A stretch of DNA of 64,000 bases from Macrostomum lignano. Lineage: Eukaryota. The position numbers and the translations under genes are program-made. The stretch covers positions 1-64,000 of the forward strand of contig NIVC01003274.1 in NCBI GenBank assembly GCA_002269645.1, given 5' to 3'. Positions 1 through 12,400 of the stretch are shown piece after piece. The stretch's first letter is position 1; the number at the start of each line of letters is the position of its first letter. The notes beneath the pieces were generated by a model. It worked only from the letters and a program-made list of their open reading frames with translations, was not told the origin of the DNA and did not search any database.

Positions 1-245
1 GAGGGAATTCAGTAACTAGAGGAATTCAGTAACTAGGGAGGAATTCATAACTAGGGAGGGAATTCAGTAACTAGGGGCGGGATTCAGTAACTAGGGGGCG
101 GGATTCAGTAACTAGGGCGGGATTCAGTTAACTAGGGGGCGGGAATTCAGTACTAGGGAGGGTTCAGTAACTAGGAGGGAATTTAGTAACTAGGGGGATT
201 CAGTAAATAGGGAAGGAATTAAGTAACTAGGGTAAAGGAATTCAG
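1..245. repeat. Degenerate ~20-24 bp minisatellite (GGGAATTCAGTAACTAGG) in an Rb intron
   Basis: Tandem units visible directly. Confidence 0.85.
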
Positions 246-414
246 TGATTAGAAAGGGAATTAAAAGACTGTGGAGTCACTTTCTTGACCCTACCAAACT
301 CAGTAGCTTCATTTGAGCTATTTAAATGACAGTCTAAGAATTGGGTAAACAGAGGAGTAACTAAACTAAGTCATCTAAAAAGTGCCCCAATAATTTAGAT
401 CAAGCAAGACACAC

Positions 415-3400
415 CTGCAGTGCGGACAATCCTTTGCTCATCTTAGGCGAAGTGGCTGTGGAAGCCACCAGAGGACGCTGGCATTCAACGGCTGAGTAGC
501 CGCGGCCGCGATTCTGCTGCACTAGCTTCCAGAGCGGACTGCCGGCAGTCCAGGCTAGAGAGTCCACAACGCGATCAACGCACAGACGGAGGTGTCGAAC
601 AATGTCGCGAGGAAAGTCCACCGCTTCAATGAGGCTCTCTACGATCTGTAGGGTGGTATGATCGAGACAAAATGAAGGGCGCTGGTACGCTTTGCGTTTC
701 TTAGAGCTAATTGATAGTGCGTGCCAAGACTTTTGAATTTAAGGTCGAATTTAGTACTAGTCTCTGGCAATGGGACAGTCAAGGGCCGATGTACACCAGC
801 ACCAGAGGCGCCAGCACCAGAGGCGCCAGCACCAGAGGCGCCAGCACCAGAGGCGCCAGCACCAGAGGCGCCAGCACCAGAGGCGCCAGCACCAGAGGCG
901 CCAGCACCAGAGGCGCCAGCACCAGAGGCGCCAGCACCAGAGGCGCCAGCACCAGAGGCGCCAGCACCAGAGGCGCCAGCACCAGAGGCGCCAGCACCAG
1001 AGGCGCCAGCACCAGAGGCGCCAGCACCAGAGGCGCCAGCACCAGAGGCGCCAGCACCAGAGGCGCCAGCACCAGAGGCGCCAGCACCAGAGGCGCCAGC
1101 ACCAGAGGCGCCAGCACACAGAGGCGCCAGCACCAGAGGCGCCAGCACCAGAGGCGCCAGCACCAGAGGCGCCAGCACCAGAGGCGCCAGCACCAGAGGC
1201 GCCAGCACCAGAGGCGCCAGCACCAGAGGCGCCAGCACCAGAGGCGCCAGCACCAGAAGGGCGCCAGCACCAGAAGGGCGCCAGCACCAGAGGCGCCAGC
1301 ACCAGAGGCGCCAGCACCAGAGGCGCCAGCACCAGAGGCGCCAGCACCAGAAGGGCGCCAGCACCAGAAGGGCGCCAGCACCAAGGGTCAGATGACCTCC
1401 CTTCCACTATAAAAATCGAGTCTACTAGCCAAGGCACCCACCTTGAACAGGTGAAACGCGTGAGTGCCGCCTCCAAGCACACACGCTAGCGAGGTGGAGC
1501 AGCCGAAGCTGTACAGCACCACCTGGGAGCAGGCGGCGAACAGGCAGGCTAGCAGAGTCCGGTTACTCAATAGAGACGACAATCGAACGCCAAGCTGATC
1601 TTCGTCTGGCACTTTATCAGCTTCGCAGGTGAGAATAGCGTCTAGCGTTATGTAGAACAGAGTCTCAGTGAGATTCGCACGGCGCTGCATTTCGTTGCGA
1701 TTCACGTCGGCTTCCGTGACCGCTAAATCGTAGGCCGACAGAAAGTTGCTGCGCAGCTGGTTCACCTGGGGAAGTGCGGGTGGGGATAATTTGGGTCTGC
1801 GACACGAGCAGATGGACTTGGGAAGGAATTCAGCTCGTAAGTACGGGAATTAAGTGACTCAGAGAGAGAGGGAGGGAACTCAGAGACTAAGGAGAAATTC
1901 AGTGACTAGAAAGGGAATAAAGTAAATAGGCGAGGGAATTCAGAGATTAAGTAGGTATTTAACTGACTAGGGAAGAAATTCATAGACTAAGTAGGGAATT
2001 GAGTGACTAGGGAGCGAATTCAGAGATGAAGTAGGGAATTAAGTGACTAGGGAGGGAACTCAGAGACTAGGGGGAATTAAGTGACTATCGAAGGCATTCA
2101 GTGTCTAGAAAGGTGAATTAAATGACTAGGGAGGGAATTAAGTGACTAGGGAGGGAATTAAGTGACTAGGGAGGGAATTAAGTGACTAGGGAGGGAATTA
2201 AGTGACTAGGGAGGGAATTAAGTGACTAGGGAGGGAATTCAGTGACCATGGAAGGGTTTCACACACTAGCAAAATAATTCGGTGATTAAAAAGCAGATTT
2301 AGATACAAGAAAAGGTGAATTCAGAGCTTATTAGAAAAGGGTTTGAGAATCTGGGGGGACTAAGGCAAATAAATGGGATAAAAGTATCCCACGCCAGTTA
2401 ACACAGCGTATAAAAAGCTGTCACTCACCTGAGCCCTAATATCATCCCAAGGAGCCGTTCCGAGCAGTACTGCCATCTTAGACAGAGTGGCCTCTCCAAA
2501 CTCCCGCCTGCGGCCGGCCAGCAAAGCCTGCAGTCTGGCAACGCCCTGCGCTTGTATAGTTGGCGTCAAATAATCTCCTTTGTAGCCTTGAAGCAGCAGT
2601 TTTCCGGATTAGCAAACTGTTGCACAATATCAACATCCTCAGTTGCTAGGCGAAGCTGAGCGCCGGCCAACACGCGTTGTAGGCGGGGATTCAAGCGGCT
2701 GGCTTCTTCGTCTAGTAGAAGGCGGCAATCACCGCGAATTGGGGCGCCGACCTGACAAATATGCAGTGATTAAAGGGTAGAACAGTAACCAGACTGAAGG
2801 ATCGAAGGGTAGAAAACGGAGTAGCTGAATTACATGTACAAAGAGGGTAAAAGAAGGGGTAGGTAGGTTAATCATAAAGCGGGGTAGACGAGATGGTAGG
2901 TTAATGAAAAAGCGGGGTAGAAGAGGGAGTAGGATATGGTTAAACAGGGGTAGAAGATGGAGTAGGTAGGTTAAGGTTAAACAGGGGTAGAAGATGGAGT
3001 AGGTAGGTTAAGGTTAAACAGGGGTAGAATAGGGAGTAGGTTAAGGTTAAGCAGGGGTAGAAGACGGAGTAGGATATGGTTAAACAGGGGTAGAAGATGG
3101 AGTAGGTAGGTTAAGGTTAAACAGGGGTAGAATAGGGAGTAGGTTAAGGTTAAGCAGGGGTAGAAGAGAGGGTAGATTAAGGTTAAGCAGGGGTAGAAGA
3201 GAGGGTAGGTTAAGGTTAAGCAGGGGTAGAAGACGGAGTAGGATATGGTTAAACAGGGGTAGAAGATGGAGTAGGTAGGTTAAGGTTAAACAGGGGTAGA
3301 ATAGGGAGTAGGTTAAGGTTAAGCAGGGGTAGAAGAGAGGGTAGATTAAGGTTAAGCAGGGGTAGAAGAGAGGGTAGGTTAAGGTTAAGCAGGGGTAGAA

Positions 3401-6400
3401 GAGGGAGTAGGTTAAGGGGTTAAGCAGGGGTAGAAGATGGAGTAGGTAGGTTAAGGTTAAACAGGGGTAGAATAGGGAGTAGGTTAAGGTTAAGCAGGGG
3501 TAGAATAGGGAGTAGGTTAAGGTTAAGCAGGGGTAGAAGAGAGGGTAGGTTATGGTTAAACAGGGGTAGAAGAGGGAGTAGGTTAAGGTTAAGCAGGGGT
3601 AGAATAGGGAGTAGATTAAGGTTAAGCAGGGGTAGAATAGGGAGTAGGTTAAGGTTAAGCAGGGGTAGAAGAGGGAGTAGGTTAAGGTTAAGCAGGGGTA
3701 GAAGAGGGAGTAGGTTAAGGTTAAACAGGGGTAGAAGAGGGAGTAGGTTAAGGTTAAGCAGGGGTAGAAGAGGGTAGTCGGGTAGATCCACAGATAACTA
3801 CAGAGAAGGGTCCAGGACTTGTAGGTCCTCAGTAACACATATATAATGAAATTCATTAAGATTTCAACCAGCTATTCTCACCTCTTTCTCAGCCACATCC
3901 GACAGTAGAATCCGTTCGTCCAGATCGCCATCGGACAGCACAAACATCTCGTAGGTGCTATTGAGATGCAGCGAAGAGTGATCAAAGTCGGACGTCTCCA
4001 AGCTCAAATAGAAATTATTAATTCCCGTGAGAATTTTCTCCTCAAACAGTCGTTCTAAACTGGCTCGAAAATAATTGGCCTGTACAACTTTGGCGTTGAC
4101 GCAGGACGCGTGGGCCAGTTCGCACAGATCCTCCAGGATGCTTAAACTGGATCGATCGCGCGGCGCGAACTGCGGGTTCAGCAGATCCGACCTGCTGTTC
4201 TTGTCTGACAGACAGACCATGTAAAGCCAGTCGATGGTCACTAGCAGCAGCAGGTGGCAATTGACTAGATCGTCTGCTATTGTAGGATAGAATGCCTTCA
4301 CCTGCGGGATTGTGGGTTGGGGATTGTGGCATGGGATTATGCATGGATTTGAATCTGTTAGGAGGTAAGATTAATAAAACTATGCCTACAGAATTATGAT
4401 ATACAGTTAATAAGATCTAATAAAGGACTGAAAAGATTTCAGTATTTCAGTATTCTATTCCACTGAAAAGATTTCAGTGGGACTGAAAAGACCACTGTAG
4501 GATTAGGAAGAACCACTGTAGGATTAGGAAGAACCACTGTAGGATTAGGAATAACCAATTTAGGATTAGGAAGAACCACTGTAGGATTAGGAAGAACCAC
4601 TGTAGGATTAGGAAGAACCACTGTAGGATTAGGAAGAACCACTGTAGGATTAGGAAGAACCACTGTAGGATTAGGAAGAACCACTGTAGGATTAGGAATA
4701 ACCAATTTAGGATTAGGAAGAACCACTGTAGGATTAGGAAGAACCACTGTAGGATTAGGAAGAACCACTGTAGGATTAGGAAAAACCACTGTAGGATTAG
4801 GAAGAACCACTGTAGGATTAGGAAAAACCACTGTAGGATTAGGAAAAACCACTGTAGGATTAGGAAAAACCACTTAGGATTAGGAAAAACCAATTTAGGA
4901 TTAGGAAGAACCACTGTAGGATTAGGAATAACCAATTTAGGATTAGGAAAAACTACTGTAGGATTAGGAATACTCACTGTAGGATTAGGAACATTTACTG
5001 TAGGATTAGGAAAAACTGTAGGATTGGAAAATCTACTGTAGGATTAGGAAAAACCACTGTAGGATTGGAAAATCTACTGTAGGATTAGGAAAAACCACTG
5101 TAGGATTAGGAAGAAGCACTGTCTGTAGGAGTAGGAATAACCACTGTAGGATTAGGATTAGGAAGTACAATTCACGGATTAAAAAGATAAGTTTTAGGAC
5201 TACAAAGAATTTCACTTTATCCCAAAAATTAAAATTATATAGATAGGGCAGCAGATAAATGAGCAAAATGAAGAGCCTCCTCACCTGCAAGAACAGAGTC
5301 CAAGCCAGATTAAACAAATCATGGCTGCCAACCTGTCTAACCGTAGCGGAAGCGCCGCCCTTCTGCCTGGACTTGCTAGTTGTCGAAGCATTATTACCAA
5401 CAGTGCCAGCATTGCTCAAATTATCCGCATCATCCGACACATCAGTTCGGAATATTTTCGGAAACACTACAGTCATCTTGCGAAAACAAATAGCCGTAAT
5501 GCTGAACTGGCGTTCCAGCATCATCATTCGAGATTTGAAATCTGTCGACATATCGACCATGTTAACCCACTGGCGCATTCGGTGAAAGAACTGCATCAGA
5601 GTGACGCCAGATAGCTTTAATAAGCGCGACAATGACAGCATACCGGAGCTGATGTCGCTCAGGTGCGTGCCAGACGTCTCGGCGTGACTGCGCTGTTTGA
5701 CGCAATCGAACAGGGAACAGACGAGCCACTGCATTGGCTCGCCATCCAGCGAGTAGTTGGACCAGACAGCTAAATTCAAATAGTTGAAGGTGAGAATTAA
5801 AAATTAAATATCTTTCAATAGAAGCATTTCAGTCTACACATACCTTAGCCAAGGTAAGTTGCAAAATTCCCACCCAAAAGACAATACTAATTAGATGACG
5901 AGGCATTCAGCCTTAGTAGTACAGATATAGTTACTCCCGCCGTTTACCAAAATTACGTTAAGTGGCATTTCTGGTCAAAAAGTAAGTTGCATGGTCAGTG
6001 TAAACTTAAGGGATAAGGAAATTCTTTCAATGTTTTGAAAGAATTTACAACATTGTTATTGCCTACACCCACACCAATGTAAGCCATCTACAGGAGGCCC
6101 AATGAGTTTCAATTCCTACTTTTTAATATGTAATGCGATGTCGCACTTATAATGCGACTTATAAGTAACCTACCTACAAATCAGTCTTGAATATAATGAA
6201 TCATTTCAATATCCTAATGGATAGAATCAGGAAAAGATTAAGAGTCATTCAAAATCTAGAAGATAAGAATTATTAATAAAGGTGCTAGATCAAACATTGG
6301 CAAACTCTAGCCTGCAGGACACATGTAGCATACAAAGACTATCTAGTCCTTCAGGTTCTTTGAAGCTTCTTAGTAGCAATCACAGTCACTAAAAGGTTTG

Positions 6401-9400
6401 TGCCTTCTTAGCTTTTTTCTTCTAGATCTTCTCTCATCTCTCATCTCCTTTTTTCCTCTCTATTTTCCCTCTATTTTCCCTTCTTTCTTCTTTTCTCTTC
6501 CTTCTCCCTTTCTCTCGCCTTTTTTCTCCCCTTTACTTTTCTCTCTATAGTCTATATAGTCTAATAGTCAATAATAGAGGTTGGATTTTATATTTGCAAA
6601 CATGTATTACAAGCTTGTAAGTTACAAATGTAAAAAGTAACAAAACAAGAAAATAAACCATTATATATTAGATTATAGATACTTGGTAATGTCAATAAAT
6701 ATAAAATATATTAGGGTAAAACATCATCAACCACACAGTGATTCTTCAAAACTGGACAAGTTTATCAGCTTCTATTTTACTACTGTGCTTGATAATAACA
6801 AACTTAAGAGCTTAACTTAACCACTCATTTGAAAGAACTTGTAACTATCTGCAAAATGGCACATCCATTGTTTGAAAGTTTTCTATAGAAAAAAAAGATT
6901 TGTTTTTATCCAATGAAAAAATCATGAAATTTACATTTTGCAAAGATTTTTGTTTTTCAGCAGCTCCTGAAAAAATGTTTATAACTTTATAATCATGGCT
7001 CCATTTCTTATACCCAATGTCTCATTTTATTCAGCATAAAATGATCTATTGATTGACATTAAATGTGACTTCAATTTGCTGGTAACTTTCACATTTAGCC
7101 CTGTCTGGTTGATGATGCAATTCTGTCCATTTGGTTTGGTTTACAGATTTGTGCACCATCAACCAGACAAAGAATCATCAACTAGATGGGTAAAAAATGC
7201 AAGCAATAAAAAGTTTTTAGCTAGTAAAATAAACAGAATATATGTTTTGTTTTTTCACCTAAATTACAAATCAAAGCAGTTTTTATAAGTTTGTTGTTAA
7301 AAAACAATAACCATTTTGTTTTACATATTTGAGCTTTGAACACTGGATTTTCAGACTTTGTTTTGTAAATCTCTGGTAAAAAGAACAGTCAAATGTTTTA
7401 TTCACTATGTACAGTAGTAAAGCAAAGGCTGGCAAAATATCAATTATTTTCAGACAATAGTGTCAAAAAGTGACGGACTCCAACTTGCTAAACTCTATGG
7501 AGTAAATAGGCCCAGCTTATTTTAACTAGCAACATTACTACGCTAACTTTAGTACTGCGGCCAATAACTATCTGCATTTGGTGCCAGAGATATATATGTA
7601 TTCAGCAAGTAGATGTGGTAGTGGCTTTAAAAAGGTGCTTGAATAGTTTGGTGCATACATGTGCAACCTCCAAAATTCGGTCAGCCGTGCGACTTAGTTT
7701 TAACAAAAATGCGACGTAGTTTTTGGCCAAAAATGCGACTTACATATAAAAAAACCCGAAAGCAAAATTAACGCAACTTTGGGTAAACGGCAGGAGTAAC
7801 TATGACTGTTTTATTAAGCTAAAATGCCTCGTCAGCTAGTTAGTACTACTCTTCAGGTTATTTTTTGGGTGGGCATTTTTGCGACTTCCTTGATTGGCCA
7901 CCAAATCGGTCGGCCGGATCGGCCGACTCGGCCGGATCGGCCGACTGTTGCGCATGTATGGTTTGGTGTGGGCTAAAGCCAAAACCAAATAAACAAACAT
8001 GGGTGTCCCCAAGCTGGCTACTCCCAATAGTGCCCTCTTGGTGCCACTAAAAATATTGCCATTACTAAGTAGCACCAGTGCCTTCAAGCAAACATGTAAA
8101 TGTGGCATTCCATGCCCTTCATCATCCCCAGTGTGGCGCCCCAAGCATAGTGCAAGGTGCACCTATATAGATTGCCAATAAGCTCTATTGTATTTCAAGA
8201 ACCACTATAGGAGTACATTTACTTTCTGTTTGCTATCTCAAATACAATAATCTATTGTTTCCTTATAATTAACTACTCCAATAGGTAAAATTGAGATATT
8301 TATTGGGTTGTGTGCCGGGGATGCTAAAAGGATACCAAAAGCACGCTAAAGCATGCTCTAAAATGTGGAAGAGTCTTGTGTTCTGGGGCTAGCTTTGGGA
8401 GTACCTATTGGGAGAGGAGACGATTCAGTACAATGTAGCGCTATGAGGGCGCTTTGGTAGGGCGCAGCCAGGGCAGGGCAGCTTTAAGGTCACTGGGTTG
8501 CAGGGTGCTTTGGGAGAGCTTTACCCCTTCAAAAGAATCTCTGCTTGCCCAGCCCTTGGCTTTGCTTTGCTTCTTCCAAACAATATACCAAACTTTAGGG
8601 TGGTATACCCAAAGGAGCAAGGCTGAGGTGGTCTGTTCCTAGAATTTTCCTTAAATTCACTCATCCCTATTGGAATAAATGTTAAAAACCCGCGGACGCG
8701 CGCTTTAGAAAAGAGTCAAACTATTTTACCGCGCTTTAGGATTATTAGAGATGTTCCGAAAGATCTGCAGTTTTGTCGAAATCAAAATTCGCTAACTTTC
8801 CAAAATCAAAATTGAAATTTCCCGAAATCATAATTCAGAAAAACAAAGTTTAGTATGATCAACACTCACTTTTTTACTTTCAATTTACTGCTTAAGCAAA
8901 AAGTAATACATGTATATGTAGTAGAAAGTAGTTTATTTTTAGCGACTTTTTAGACACTACCAAAATTTTCACTTCTAAATTTTATTTCGAAATTGAAATT
9001 TGCTCTAAAAAATTTCAAATTTTGGAAAATTGAAATTGAATTTTTGGAACATCTCTAAGCTTAATAAATTACGAGTGTATAAGCCCCTTCAACAGAGGTA
9101 TTATACCCATTTCCATGTATATGTATTTGCTAGAGCAGCAGCCAGTAAGAAAGGGCAGCGCGCGCAGGCACTGCGCCTGTGCGCGCGCTGCGCTTTAGAA
9201 AAATTTCAAAAGTGCGCCGGACACCGTCCGCGGTTTTACAACTTTTTCCTATAGGGTCACTCATCACAATGTTTTCAGGTGTCTATAATTATTACAGAAA
9301 GTGGACAGCCACCCCACTATAGTTGCACTACTGGTTTTTAGATAAATTGAGGATCTATAAAATATATATAGCTTGTGCCTCTAAAAATCGAAGGCATTTA

Positions 9401-12400
9401 GGCAGCCACTACTCATAATCATTAGTAATAGCTAGTATTGATTGCAGTAAGGCAAAATTAAAACCACCAGTATATATATGAAGCCTTATTATTGACGCAT
9501 TCTATACTATGCCATTCATCCATGATTCTACCGCCACCCTTGTTGGATCTTATCCAGTTAGGGTGGATGACTCAAAGCATTGAGACAATTGATAGAGGCC
9601 AACTCAATCTTCCAGTTTCAGTTGAATTTGCACATTACTGGCAGCTGAGCTCTAAATGGCAACTAATGCTTTATATGCCAACATGTTGCATTCATGAGAT
9701 AGAGATGTGATAGCTGTTTGTGAAAGTGCAAAAATGGGCAAAATTTGTAAGAACTATGCAATCATTGGCTGAATTGACTCTGTCTATATAACACTCTATA
9801 TCTGTCTCTCTTGTATATAAGAATTATAAGCTCACCTTGTTATCCAGGAAAGGTTTTTCTATATTTTGCATTAGGCCAACTTGCTCCTCTTTGCCTGTCT
9901 CTTCTCCGCTGGTCTCCTATCTCTCTGCCCATCTTCTCTCTGTCTATCTCCTCTCTGCTAGTCTCCTTCCTCCCCCCTGACTCCTTTCCACCCATCTCCT
10001 CTTTGCTAGTATCTTCTCTGCCCATCTCCTTTCCACCCAACTCTTCTCTGCCCAACTCTTTTCCACCTATCTCCTCTCCTCCCATCTTCAGTTTAAAGAT
10101 ACACATACATCTCTAGTTTTGGATGAAAAATGACTATAATTTATTTTTTCTAAACCAAAATACTTAAGTCAACACTTTTCTTAAAGCTAAGAAAGTTTTC
10201 TACAATTTTTTTTCTTTGGCCCTTATATCTACAAAATATAATTCATAAATTCAGTTTTATTTTATAAAATATGACTTTCTTGTCTGGTTGATGATGTTTT
10301 ATCCTATGCTTTTACTAATGAAAGTGCTTATTCCCATGGTCCTATACCAATTTCCAATTTCCATGGTCCTATTCCAATTTTATCCACACAGATCTGTGTC
10401 AATAATTTTCAGCTTATCCCCACAGCAGCTTATTAAAATAGCTGCCATCATTCAAGTCTATAGGCCATGTCAATAATTCCAATTTTTATCCACATGGATC
10501 CATGTCAATAATTTCTAGCTTATCTTCATAGCAGCTTATTGGAATAAAGAACCTTAAATAAATCTGTTCAAAAACAGTCTTTTTGTTTTCAATGTTTGAC
10601 AAATCTTCCAAATGAACTACATGTACTGAATACTAAATAACATTGAATACTTTGTTAAAACTTTTTGTGATTAAAAAGGTTAATTTTAAATATTTAATTA
10701 GCTGCCGGCTTTGCTTAGAATGACCAAATGACTCAAAGATTGTGGCAAATAAGACCTGCAAAATTCAAAATTCAATACATACATGCGCAACCCCCCTGAT
10801 TTACACTGGCCATGCGACTTACTTTTTGACCAAAAATGCAACTTACCTGTGAAAGAAACCCTAGAGCAACATTAACACAATTTCGGGTAAACGGCAGGAG
10901 TAACTATAACTGTCTTAAAAGGGCTAAATGCCTTGTCATCTAATTAGCACTACGTCTGTATTTTTTGGGGTGGGCATTTTTGCGACTTACCCCTGGTCCA
11001 CCACAATTTACGGTAGCCAGATCAGCTAGGTCGGCCAGCAGTTGCGCATGTATGATTCAATATATAATAATAATGATAATATTACTATTAATAATGACTA
11101 TATCAATTTAACGTAAGTACACAAAACTAAACACAAACAACTGCACCATCTTAGCCATGGGGATAAGCTGAAAATTATTGACATAGATCTGTGTAGATAA
11201 AATAGGAATTATTGGCACAGGACTGTAGGGATAAGCACTTCCTTTATTAATACTAATAGTAATAAGCAACAATTAGTCTATACTTTTTACTTAGAGTTAT
11301 AATTATAAAATGAATTTAATAACATCATTCTTTTTCTATAATATATTATTATCAATTTGACTAATATTATTAAGTATTTATAAATTTTTATTTTCTTCAG
11401 AATTAGAATCCCAAGATTCCTAACTATTAGGCCCTAGTAATACTATTATTAGGCCTAGTCTAGTGTTCCACCATAGCCTTAACTATGGCTACAGGATCCT
11501 AGGGCAAATATGGTAAAATAGGTGCCTACGGCAGCTACGGATACGCCTACAGTAGCTAGCTGCTCTTATGGCTATGACTACAGAAATATGGCAGTTGCTG
11601 TCATATTCCATAGATTCCATAGTGTGGATCATGCTAAGTGCACGCGAGAAACTACCCAAAGCTAATTCCCAAAAGCACGCCGACGACAAGCGAATGCACA
11701 CCTATGCACGCCGATGCATGCCTACATATTTTAAAACGTATTTTAAATACGTAAAAAACGTATTTTAAATTGCATTGTATAAAACAAAGCAACAAATGAT
11801 GTACAAAAGAAATGATATATCTTTAAAAACATGTATTTCTCATACATTAATTTATTTAATAGTCTTATACACTGTTTATTTACAATAGTTTTTTTCAAAA
11901 GTTAAATACAATAATACATATTTTATGTCTGCTTACCATTGCATTGGCAGCTTTGCCACATCAGGTGCCAGGCACACGGCACGCGGCGCACGCCAGGCAC
12001 GCCAGTGTATTTATGTAGTGTGCATATTGCATGCCAAATGCACGCCACTTACCTAATTGCATGCCGGTGCACACCACTTTTGAAAATGCATGCGAGAAAA
12101 TTCTTGCGTGTACTACATGACCTACACTATGGCATAGATTCCCGTAGCCGTAGTTATTAATATTAAAAAATTGAAAAAATATTAGAAACAGGTAGAATAA
12201 AACAAAGATACTTTTAGTAAACTGTATTATCAACCTAGAATTAGAAACTTATAAAATGTATCTAAAAAAGTACAATAAAAGACTAGCAAACTCTAATTTT
12301 AATTAATGTGAAAAAGTTTAGCGTTAGTACTTTCAGTAACGATTAAGTATTGTTGCTCTGAAAAAAGACAAAATATAATCTTACAAGGGCAATTGAGTGT

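Noticed and set aside
639-1489. Six overlapping 200-240 aa ORFs (APEAP, RRQHQ, LWCWR repeats)
   Set aside because: Translations of a 15-bp minisatellite inside an Rb intron bounded by valid splice sites.
3080-4977. Repetitive ORFs (YSLFYPCLTLT, VVLPNPT, WFFLILQ)
   Set aside because: Intronic 33-bp and 21-bp arrays.
9830-9900. Minus-strand AAG|GTGAG donor as an extra Rb exon
   Set aside because: Phase is incompatible (the phase-1 reading has a stop), and exon 12780-12885 already joins 5769 in frame.
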